In this document: one piece after another, positions 9,432 through 17,433 of the stretch
How positions within the stretch are numbered: position 1 is the first letter of the stretch
Layout: each line of letters opens with the position of its first letter
DNA from: an uncultured Candidatus Saccharibacteria bacterium
GTDB taxonomy: Bacteria > Patescibacteriota > Minisyncoccia > Phycocordibacterales > UBA9973
Direction: 5' to 3'
Length of the DNA stretch: 64,000 nucleotides
Assembly: GCA_964398205.1 (NCBI GenBank)
Contig: CAYNLU010000002.1
Span: 1,004-65,003, forward strand
Translations under genes and position numbers: made by a program
The notes under the pieces: generated by a model
What the model was told of the DNA's origin: nothing
Database searches by the model: none
Seen by the model: the letters and a program-made list of their open reading frames with translations, nothing else

Positions 9432-10931
9432 ATGCCTCTTATATCAAAAACAATATTTATTGACTCACGTAACTGTGCTAAAAATACTTGGCTCAAACTA
9501 CACAAACCTGAGCTTCTGGAGAATTTCGAACTTTCCGAATTTGAAAAGCAACTTATCGAGCAAGGTAATGAAGTAGAGTTATGTGCCCGTGGTCTTTTTC
9601 CTAATGGCGTTGAAGTTATAAGTAAAGGTGAAAATGCATGTCTTGAAACAAGAAAATTGATGGAGGCAAAAACTCCAGCTATTTTTCAAGCTACATTTAT
9701 TGCTGATGGCTTTATTGCTCGAAATGACGTTTTGGTTTATGAACCAAAAAATGATTGCTGGGATCTATATGAAATTAAAGGAACAAATTCTCTCAAAGAG
9801 GGTTCTGACGAGAGAAGTCATGTTGAAGATCTTACATTTCAAGCAATAGTCTTAAAACGCTCAGGTGTTAACCTAGGACGTTCATTTTTAATTCACTTGA
9901 ATAAAGAATACGTACGAACTAGCGGTCTTGATATTGACCAGTTATTTACAATTGAAGATCTTACTGAAACCGTAGCTCAAAGATTTGATGAAATGAGTAT
10001 TTTAATGGAAGGGTCACGTGAGTTTCTCAACCAAGAAACAGAACCTGCGAGTGGTTGTGATTGTCATTATCTAGGACGAAGTAGACATTGTGCCACATTT
10101 CAGTACTCCCATCCCGAAGTGCCAGAATATTCAGTTCATGATCTTTCACGTATTGGAAGTAGTAAAAAGAAGATGGAGTTTTTTGTCGATAATAGTATCT
10201 ACAGTCTTGATGATATCCCTACTGATTATGAGTTGTCTCCCATTCAAACCAACCAATTACAAGCTCATCGAACTAAGACTCCAACTATCGATTTGAGTGA
10301 AGTCAGAAATCAGCTTAGTGTCTTGGAATTTCCTCTATATTTCTTAGATTACGAGACATATGCTCCAGCGATTCCACAGTTTGTGAATTATAGCCCTTAT
10401 AAGCGGATACCATTCCAATTTTCACTCCATATTTTACGTGAACCAAATGGCGGAGTTGAGCATGTTGATTTTCTTCATCCTGAACGTACCGATCCATCAG
10501 AATTGGTCGCGCAACTTTTGACTAAGCATATCCATCCCAAAGGTACAGTTATTTCGTGGAACAAGTCGTTTGAGAAAGGAGTTAATTCTGACATTGCAGA
10601 GCGTCTTCCTGAACATCGAGAAGCAATGGAACGTATAAATAATCAAATGTATGATTTGAAGGATATTTTTTCAAAGCAGTATTACGTTCATCCAGATTTT
10701 CAAGGAAGTGCCTCGATCAAAAAAGTATTGCCAGCCTTAATTCCTGACTTAAACTATAGTGACTTAGTTATCCATGAAGGCGGTCAAGCCTCTGAACAGT
10801 GGTGGTTCATGGTTGCACCAGACACAAGCAAGGAAGAACTTGAGGATATTTCTAAAAATCTTAAAATTTATTGTGGTCTTGATACTTATGCTATGTACGC
10901 AATTTGGAAGCACCTTTATGAAAAAATCTAG
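9432..10931 (+). CDS. DUF2779-like two-domain nuclease: N-terminal RecB/Cas4-like PD-(D/E)xK, C-terminal DnaQ-like 3'-5' exonuclease
   Basis: Start moved to ATG 9432 (MPLISK...), 14 nt after the helicase stop. DVLVYEP...DLYEIKG (D...ExK), Cys cluster CDCHYLGRSRHC, then FLDYETY (DxE) and YCGLDTYAMY (Yx3D). Confidence 0.55.
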   Translation: MPLISKTIFIDSRNCAKNTWLKLHKPELLENFELSEFEKQLIEQGNEVELCARGLFPNGVEVISKGENACLETRKLMEAKTPAIFQATFIADGFIARNDVLVYEPKNDCWDLYEIKGTNSLKEGSDERSHVEDLTFQAIVLKRSGVNLGRSFLIHLNKEYVRTSGLDIDQLFTIEDLTETVAQRFDEMSILMEGSREFLNQETEPASGCDCHYLGRSRHCATFQYSHPEVPEYSVHDLSRIGSSKKKMEFFVDNSIYSLDDIPTDYELSPIQTNQLQAHRTKTPTIDLSEVRNQLSVLEFPLYFLDYETYAPAIPQFVNYSPYKRIPFQFSLHILREPNGGVEHVDFLHPERTDPSELVAQLLTKHIHPKGTVISWNKSFEKGVNSDIAERLPEHREAMERINNQMYDLKDIFSKQYYVHPDFQGSASIKKVLPALIPDLNYSDLVIHEGGQASEQWWFMVAPDTSKEELEDISKNLKIYCGLDTYAMYAIWKHLYEKI

Positions 10932-11213
10932 CTGTTGGTAACCGCACTACACAATAATCTCAATGTAAGCTACAGTACAAAAATACCCTTGAAAATGGTA
11001 TAATTCGTTTACAATTTAATAATAGACCTAACCCCTCAATTTATTGAGGATATGGTCGCCAAATCCGTCCAAAGTAAAGAACTCCTAGTCAGAGTCTACT
11101 TTGGACGGTCATATCTGGAAACGGGTATGGGTATACCTCACGGGGTATATCGGATCTGGCTGGGAGCTTTTTGCTACCTATACGATCCTTCATAACAAAA
11201 CCGTCCAAAGTTT

Positions 11214-11675
11214 ATGAATAAAAAATCACATAGTGAAGAAGTATGGGGCAAAGTCCTCAGTGCACACGAAGAAGTTAAGTACGAGTTCTCAGTCGGAAAG
11301 CAGTATATCAATACATACATTATCATCTGGGCGATCATCAGTTTGCCGTTCGTCTTTGCTGTCGTAGGAATTTTCATATTCCTCATCGCATTCTTGTATT
11401 TGAAGTTCTACTTGCCTAAGGCAAACATCTACGGATTTACCGACAAGCGAGTACTGATCCATCGTGGATTTTTCTCAACTAACTTAATCAGCGTTGACTA
11501 TAAGCAGATCACTGATGTTACTGTCCGTGAATCATTTTTAGATAAGACATTCACAAAAAGCGGACAGTTGTTCATCAACACCGCAGGAACAAGTAAAGAA
11601 GAAATCGTCTTGAGCCACATCGCTCATCCGTACGAGGTTAAAAAGAAGCTCGACGAGTTGAGGGATAATCACTAA
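11214..11675 (+). CDS. bacterial PH-domain (bPH_2/YdbT-like) membrane protein
   Basis: 153 aa. Two hydrophobic helices, then GFTDKRVLIHRGFFSTNLISVDYKQITDVTV...GQLFINTAG typical of bPH_2. Confidence 0.5.
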   Translation: MNKKSHSEEVWGKVLSAHEEVKYEFSVGKQYINTYIIIWAIISLPFVFAVVGIFIFLIAFLYLKFYLPKANIYGFTDKRVLIHRGFFSTNLISVDYKQITDVTVRESFLDKTFTKSGQLFINTAGTSKEEIVLSHIAHPYEVKKKLDELRDNH

Positions 11676-11687
11676 TTGATTCTGAAA

Positions 11688-13169
11688 TTACAATAGTTTT
11701 TTAAACTCAGCAGAATATAATTCTGTTATTTCAGCTACGCTGTCGTCGGCATCAAGATTAAATGTAAAGTTAGCCTCGATAATATCGAGAACATAGAGCA
11801 ATGATTTCTCGGTGTATAGATGCTCTGTTACGGTATCTATTAGTTTACTGAGACTATGATTTAGTAGATCAACTTCTTCTTTGTATCGTTCAAAAAACTC
11901 ACTATAGTTCTCGGTCATATCAATATCAAATATAGTCGATGGTTTTTGAGCCAGATTTTTAAATTCGCAGAGTGTCTTATAGTTCTTAACTGGACTTGCG
12001 TGCTTCTTTGTAAAGAGAAACATATTTGCAAGAGGTAGCAGTACTTCAATCTGTTCTTTATACTCCTGCACAAAATTAACCTCTTCTTTGCAGGTATATA
12101 AATTAGTCCCAGTTATTATCTCTACCACTCTTGGCATTCCCAAGAAATCTTTTTCAAGATTTTGTTTTACCAACTTGCCAGTATCAAATAGCTTTTGAAA
12201 ATACTTTTTGGACTTTTGCAGTTCTGTATACCAAGCCATGAACAAATCCTTGTGACTCTTTTTAGTATTACCATTCCATGTGTCAAAACGCTCACTCATA
12301 CTGAGTGGTGAATATTCATTTACGAATAAGCCATCATCTAGCCACCGAGATAGAGTTTCTTTGACCAATAGCTCAATACTCATGTTTTTACTTTTTGCAT
12401 ATTCTTCCACTATCGACAATATGTTTTCTTCGGTAGCATCGTGTGAAATATGTGTATCGTAAGCTAATTTAAAAAATACATCTTTTATTGGTAGCTCCGC
12501 AAAAAAGTGATGGAGTAAAAACCCGCCTTTTTCCGCCATGGTATTTCTTATTTTCTTCGCTCCGTCATAGTACATACAGGAATAGATACGACTGACAATC
12601 AAGTCTTTCTCCTCCTTACTGAGTTTGTTGCTATCCTTGAATCGTTCATAGAGAAAGACCTGGTCTTCCAAGTATTTGGAATCACTAGCAACCGTATCGT
12701 CAAGGAGAAGTAGGTCTTCTTGTGTTTCTTTTGGTAGGTTATTAAATGTGAATATGTGTAACAGTTTTTGATACTCAAAATAAGTAGATTCTGTAAGCAG
12801 TTTGATACTTTCTTCCTCTGGAATATCTTTTGTGAATTGTTGCATTGCTACCCCCTGAAAGCTTCTTGTACCAGAAAGAAAACTATCAAGCACTCTCTGG
12901 TTTCGTAACAGTGATAGCTCTGACCGATACAAAAACATCTGAGCATCCATTTTCATAGAATTCTCTAGTTGAACAATCTTTATGTATCGGTTGTATTCCT
13001 TTACTTCGAGGGTACGAGGACTCCATGCTTGAGTCAAAACATAGATATCAGAATCAGATAGTGCACCTTTGCCGTTCTTTTCTCTGTAAATATCGTTATG
13101 GACAAGTGCAGTCACTCGCTCAAGCGGTGTGATATTTGATCTTCTAAGTAAATCACTTAAGTTTTTCAT
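11688..13169 (-). CDS. hypothetical 493-aa protein, last gene of the methyltransferase operon
   Basis: No catalytic motif recognised. Tightly packed with upstream genes (2-nt gap). Confidence 0.4.
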   Translation of the reverse strand: MKNLSDLLRRSNITPLERVTALVHNDIYREKNGKGALSDSDIYVLTQAWSPRTLEVKEYNRYIKIVQLENSMKMDAQMFLYRSELSLLRNQRVLDSFLSGTRSFQGVAMQQFTKDIPEEESIKLLTESTYFEYQKLLHIFTFNNLPKETQEDLLLLDDTVASDSKYLEDQVFLYERFKDSNKLSKEEKDLIVSRIYSCMYYDGAKKIRNTMAEKGGFLLHHFFAELPIKDVFFKLAYDTHISHDATEENILSIVEEYAKSKNMSIELLVKETLSRWLDDGLFVNEYSPLSMSERFDTWNGNTKKSHKDLFMAWYTELQKSKKYFQKLFDTGKLVKQNLEKDFLGMPRVVEIITGTNLYTCKEEVNFVQEYKEQIEVLLPLANMFLFTKKHASPVKNYKTLCEFKNLAQKPSTIFDIDMTENYSEFFERYKEEVDLLNHSLSKLIDTVTEHLYTEKSLLYVLDIIEANFTFNLDADDSVAEITELYSAEFKKLL

Positions 13170-13170
13170 A

Positions 13171-13368
13171 TCATCTGTTTTTTCTTAATGCGTTTTCCAA
13201 GAACTCGACCCGTTCTTTAAGTTCTGTGTTGGCTATATTCTTTGAAAGCGTAGAAGTAAGCTTGGCAATCATAGATGCCTGCTTGAGTGACATTTCCTTA
13301 TTCATCACTTTGCGGATAGTATCCGAAAGAATATTATTTATTTCTTCTAGGTTAATTGGTTTAGTCAT
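13171..13368 (-). CDS. hypothetical small protein (65 aa)
   Basis: ORF within operon, 1-nt spacing to neighbours. Confidence 0.35.
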   Translation of the reverse strand: MTKPINLEEINNILSDTIRKVMNKEMSLKQASMIAKLTSTLSKNIANTELKERVEFLENALRKNR

Positions 13369-13369
13369 A

Positions 13370-13744
13370 CTAGTTATTTTCTACGATTTCAAACCAAGCC
13401 CTTACTTCATGAGCCTTGCCACTTTTAATAATGTTTTTGTAGAGTGCAAAAATGACATTCGGAGTTAGTTTTCTTGCCCATGAGTTGATGTCTTTGACTA
13501 GTCCATCTTTCTCAAGTCTCTTATTCCAATCAGTGAGCGTGCCAGTATCAATCTTGTATATTTTTGAGAATTCAAGCTGTGTCTTTATCGCAAGCAATTC
13601 AAATACTGACTCTTCTTCAACACCGAACTTTTCGAGTGCTACTCTTGGTTGCCCTTTAAGAAACGAAGGAAGGGACTTCCAAAGAGCATAGGTTTCGTAG
13701 ACCTGCTTTTTATATGGATCTTTAGAAAAATCTTCTTCCTGCAT
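13370..13744 (-). CDS. small HTH-containing protein (phage terminase-small-subunit-like / DNA-binding)
   Basis: 124 aa. Putative helix-turn-helix around KIYKIDTGTLTDWNKR. Confidence 0.35.
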   Translation of the reverse strand: MQEEDFSKDPYKKQVYETYALWKSLPSFLKGQPRVALEKFGVEEESVFELLAIKTQLEFSKIYKIDTGTLTDWNKRLEKDGLVKDINSWARKLTPNVIFALYKNIIKSGKAHEVRAWFEIVENN

Positions 13745-13751
13745 ATATCAC

Positions 13752-14501
13752 TTAAAGCTTTACTGCTGTCTCGCCAGTAAGCTTTTCAAGCCTTGTGAGA
13801 GATGTTTGCACATACGCCTCATCAAGCTCTATGCCGATACACTTTCGACCCAAGTGTGCACAAGCGACAGCAGTTGAACCACTTCCCAGAAAGGGGTCAT
13901 ATACAACATCACCAACTCTCGTTGAGTTAGGAATTATTTTTCTCAATAACCCAATTGGTTTTTGCGTAGGATGAAGGTTAGATTTATGTGGTCTAGGATG
14001 ATAGATAACATTTCTTGCTTTAGACTGTTCCATTTTGTGTTTACCAAACCATCCATAGGCAATGAGTTCGTACATAGACAAATAGTCTTTTCTGCTCATG
14101 ACTGGTTGATTTTTCAGCCAAATAATCATCTGACTGTAATAGAAACCAGCGGACTTCATACCCAAGCGTAAACTTGGAAACATTAGATCGGCATTAAAGA
14201 TATAGACCGTGTTGTACTCTTCTAGGTGCGGGATAGTCGCACCTAAATACTTACTAGTAAATTGCTCGTATTCTTCTTCTGATTGTAGGTGGTCATTGGC
14301 AATAACTTTTTCATTCTTAACGCCGAGTTTTGAGAATCCTATTTTATTTTCTACATAAGCAACGCCATACGGAGGATCAGTCACAACCGCTCGTATTTTA
14401 TTGTTTCCTATAACTTTTGCGACAAAGGCATTGTCTAGAGAATCGCCACAACCGATAATGTGATCACCAATCTTAAAAATATCTCCTTTATTTATTTTCA
14501 T
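13752..14501 (-). CDS. DNA methyltransferase, beta-class N6-adenine/N4-cytosine (PF01555-like)
   Basis: 249 aa. DPPYGVAY (motif IV) precedes DPFLGSGSTAVAC (motif I). Confidence 0.8.
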   Translation of the reverse strand: MKINKGDIFKIGDHIIGCGDSLDNAFVAKVIGNNKIRAVVTDPPYGVAYVENKIGFSKLGVKNEKVIANDHLQSEEEYEQFTSKYLGATIPHLEEYNTVYIFNADLMFPSLRLGMKSAGFYYSQMIIWLKNQPVMSRKDYLSMYELIAYGWFGKHKMEQSKARNVIYHPRPHKSNLHPTQKPIGLLRKIIPNSTRVGDVVYDPFLGSGSTAVACAHLGRKCIGIELDEAYVQTSLTRLEKLTGETAVKL

Positions 14502-15756
14502 AGATTTTCTTCGCCTTAAGGTTGGTAAACTTTTCCCAACGATCTATAACAATAGTCGCAAAGAGTAGATCTTTTTCGACCCCACGCCACACACGATTTA
14601 ATTCCTCACATGCAATAAGGTCACTACCACTACCAGCGAAGCCAGAAAAGATGATGTGCCCAGGTGCAGAGCATCGCTTGAAGGGCTTTTCATTTAAAGA
14701 AATCGGTTTTTGTGTTGGGTGGAGATAGTTTTGAGTGTTATCTCTTTTAACAAGCCAAAGGTCTATCATGTCTTGCAATTCATCCAAGACCTGATTACCA
14801 GTTGTTACTTCTTGATTAAGAATTTCATTTGCATTCCTGAAGTTTGGATTTAGATATGGCTTACCAAGTGTGCCGTATGTACATGGTTCATAGAGCCTGT
14901 TCCAAGCAATTTTAGGAGTGCAGTTCTGATTCGATTTTATCCAAAGACAAACTCTTCTTTTCTTGATCTGATATTTATCGTATAGAGACTGCGTTAATCC
15001 AATGCTGTTTGGGTCTGACCAGTAAAAGAAGTGTGAGTCTGGCTTAGCAAACTTTTTAGCTGTCTCAATACTTTTACTAATGAATTCAGAGTACTCATCC
15101 TCGCTCTTATTATCTTTGTATTCTCCACCATACTTTCCTCCGTATTCCCAAGAAATATTATAGGGCGGATCACAGAAGACAATATCCGCTAGATCATCTT
15201 TCATGAGTTCTTTGACTTGATCTTCGTTGGTAGAGTCGCCAACTAAAAGGCGGTGCTTCCCGAGTTCCCAAACTTCTCCTAAATTCACTTTTGGTGCCAC
15301 TGTTTCTTTAATGGCTTTCTCAACATCAAAATCATCTTCAACAAGATCCACGTCATCAAATAGATTCTGTAATTCTTCATCTCCAAAACCAACATCAAGA
15401 AGCATGTCCATATCGAACTCTTTTAGTAGTTCTTCATCCCACGACCCAGTATTCTTATTAAGTCTCAAGTTGAGTTCTTTTTCTTCTTCGAGGGTTAGTT
15501 CTCGTGAAGGAATCATGCACTCAATTTCTTCAATACCAAGATCCGCATACACTTTTATGCGTTGTTCACCTCCAATAATAATATTGGCTCTTGAGCCGAT
15601 ATTAAGAACAATAGGCACGACCGTTCCAAATTCCTTAACAGATTTTTGCAAGTCTCTCTTTTCACTCTCACTCAACTTTCTCGGGTTGTATCCGTTATTA
15701 ATTAGGTCTACCAACTTGCGAGTAGTGCTAGACCATGTACGCTTTTGCTTAGCCAT
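14488..15756 (-). CDS. ParB-like nuclease domain fused to beta-class DNA methyltransferase
   Basis: 422 aa. N-terminal ParB/Srx-like (PIVLN...IIGGEQR), then DPPYN and FSGFAGSGSD MTase motifs. Confidence 0.8.
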   Translation of the reverse strand: MAKQKRTWSSTTRKLVDLINNGYNPRKLSESEKRDLQKSVKEFGTVVPIVLNIGSRANIIIGGEQRIKVYADLGIEEIECMIPSRELTLEEEKELNLRLNKNTGSWDEELLKEFDMDMLLDVGFGDEELQNLFDDVDLVEDDFDVEKAIKETVAPKVNLGEVWELGKHRLLVGDSTNEDQVKELMKDDLADIVFCDPPYNISWEYGGKYGGEYKDNKSEDEYSEFISKSIETAKKFAKPDSHFFYWSDPNSIGLTQSLYDKYQIKKRRVCLWIKSNQNCTPKIAWNRLYEPCTYGTLGKPYLNPNFRNANEILNQEVTTGNQVLDELQDMIDLWLVKRDNTQNYLHPTQKPISLNEKPFKRCSAPGHIIFSGFAGSGSDLIACEELNRVWRGVEKDLLFATIVIDRWEKFTNLKAKKIYENK

Positions 15757-15873
15757 AGGGTTTTTATTCAGAAGAGGTTCTTAGCTGCTCTTCTACCCTT
15801 ATTCGTCATTGAATGACAAAATGACAATTTCTTTTTACTTCCTCAAAATGAGTAGCGAGAAAATCTTTAATAC

Positions 15874-15908
15874 AAAAGACCTTTTGCTTGAACGAGCAAA
15901 AGGTCTTT
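15874..15908. terminator. bidirectional rho-independent terminator
   Basis: Perfect 14-bp stem aaagaccttttgc/gcaaaaggtcttt with 7-nt loop, T/A runs on both sides. Sits between the ParB-MTase start and the stop of the 15933-16688 gene. Confidence 0.6.
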
Positions 15909-15932
15909 ATTTCGTCATTTTATATGAAATGA

Positions 15933-16688
15933 CTATTTGTCAGCTCTGAGAGAAAACAGGGCTTTATACCCATACCTTTTAGTGTAATGAGAAATTGGGC
16001 TAGACTTCATACCAAAAAACTTCTTTAAACCTTCATTGAGTTCGTATTTAACATTTCTGCCAAATCTTTTGTCCCATTCTGATTTTGTTAGCGAGCCATC
16101 ATATTCTGCCATTATTCGAAGTAGTGCCCATTTATAATCTGGGTTGTTTGTCTTAGTATTCATAAAACCCATATCTTTGTAATCAAACTTTTGTGGCTTC
16201 ATTCCTGGGTAAGAAACCTTAACAAGGTGTCCATCCAAAAACTTTATATCCAATGCTTCCCATGTAGCATTTTGGGGAAGTAGGTATGATGCAACAACAA
16301 CGCTGCTTTCTTTTTTAGCTGATCCAACATCTAAATCTTCAGGGTTAACAATTCTAACCTCCTGAACCATTCTTGCAGGAATAATATAATCATCTTTATC
16401 TATTGTTGGGAATGAGAATCCAGCCAAAACATCCAACGAGGGTCTTACAGATTCAAATGCGGAATTAGCCATCCCAATGCTTTTTTTCAATGATTCTCTC
16501 ATTGGTTCAAAAGCTTTGAGAGTCTTCTCATGTGCCTCAAAAACAGCCTTCAACGGCGAAACAAGCCTTTCTGCTGTAGCAGGGTCATATCCATCCTTTA
16601 TTGCTTGTTGATATACTAATTCGCCTACGGTCATAGTTTGTATTATATCAAAAATTGGCATTTGTTGGCATTTGAGCTTGCGACCCAC
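15933..16688 (-). CDS. hypothetical 251-aa protein
   Basis: ORF. Weak PD-(D/E)xK-like pattern (D...EALDIK), not convincing. Confidence 0.35.
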   Translation of the reverse strand: MGRKLKCQQMPIFDIIQTMTVGELVYQQAIKDGYDPATAERLVSPLKAVFEAHEKTLKAFEPMRESLKKSIGMANSAFESVRPSLDVLAGFSFPTIDKDDYIIPARMVQEVRIVNPEDLDVGSAKKESSVVVASYLLPQNATWEALDIKFLDGHLVKVSYPGMKPQKFDYKDMGFMNTKTNNPDYKWALLRIMAEYDGSLTKSEWDKRFGRNVKYELNEGLKKFFGMKSSPISHYTKRYGYKALFSLRADK

Positions 16689-16834
16689 AAAGCTAAACTT
16701 CTTCAGTCAGAACGTGCTAGAATAGCCTTACAAGGGTTGAACCCACGGGTACCATACCCGAGTACACCGCCACAACAATCTAGTGTCGGAAGACCCGAGT
16801 ACCTAAATTCTCAAAGTTAAGCTAAAATATATAC

Positions 16835-17335
16835 ATGCAACAGTTTTTAGGTAATGAGTTTAATAAAGAAACCGAGGATGCGATATATTTCTATACGCCT
16901 GTATTTTATGCACTTGATAATTTCTCAGCCCACACAATAGAAATATGGGGCAAAAAATTTCAAACATCTGAACATGCGTACCAATGGAAGAAATTTATAG
17001 ATTCAAATCCTGAGATAGCTGAACAAATATTCAACGCAACAAGCCCTAACGAAGTTAAGAAAATCTCTGATATTCATAAAAGCGAAGCTTCTCGTAATTT
17101 TCCTGATTTAAAACTCAAAATAATGGAAGAAATTCTTCGAGCAAAAACTGAGCAACATGAGAAAGTTAGAATAATTTTAAAAGAAAGTGGAAACAAAACT
17201 ATTGTTGAGAATTCTCCTATAGATAGTTTTTGGGGAGTTGGTCCTGATGGAAAAGGAGAAAATGCCTTGGGCAAGCTTTGGATGAAAATAAGAGATTCTA
17301 AAAATTTTACTAATGACCCCGGTCCCTCGGCTTAA
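16835..17335 (+). CDS. NADAR-domain protein (YbiA-like N-glycosidase family)
   Basis: 166 aa. TSEHAYQWKKF and FWGVGPDGKGENALGKLWM match the NADAR/DUF1768 signature. Confidence 0.65.
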   Translation: MQQFLGNEFNKETEDAIYFYTPVFYALDNFSAHTIEIWGKKFQTSEHAYQWKKFIDSNPEIAEQIFNATSPNEVKKISDIHKSEASRNFPDLKLKIMEEILRAKTEQHEKVRIILKESGNKTIVENSPIDSFWGVGPDGKGENALGKLWMKIRDSKNFTNDPGPSA

Positions 17336-17433
17336 TTTATCGAAACCTAATCTTGATAGTAAAAATTACTCCTCCCCCTATCTTCTTCAAAACCCTTCGT
17401 TTTTTAATATCTAAACTATGCTAAAATGTATCT

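Noticed and set aside
15227-15784. 185-aa Ser-rich ORF on the plus strand
   Set aside because: Lies entirely antisense within the ParB-methyltransferase gene. Low-complexity composition typical of a shadow ORF.
16689-16834. Possible tRNA gene in the GC-rich spacer (gggttgaacccacgggtacca)
   Set aside because: T-loop is one base short and no D-arm or anticodon arm can be built. At most a degenerate tRNA 3' remnant or att site. Kept as part of the island-boundary finding only.
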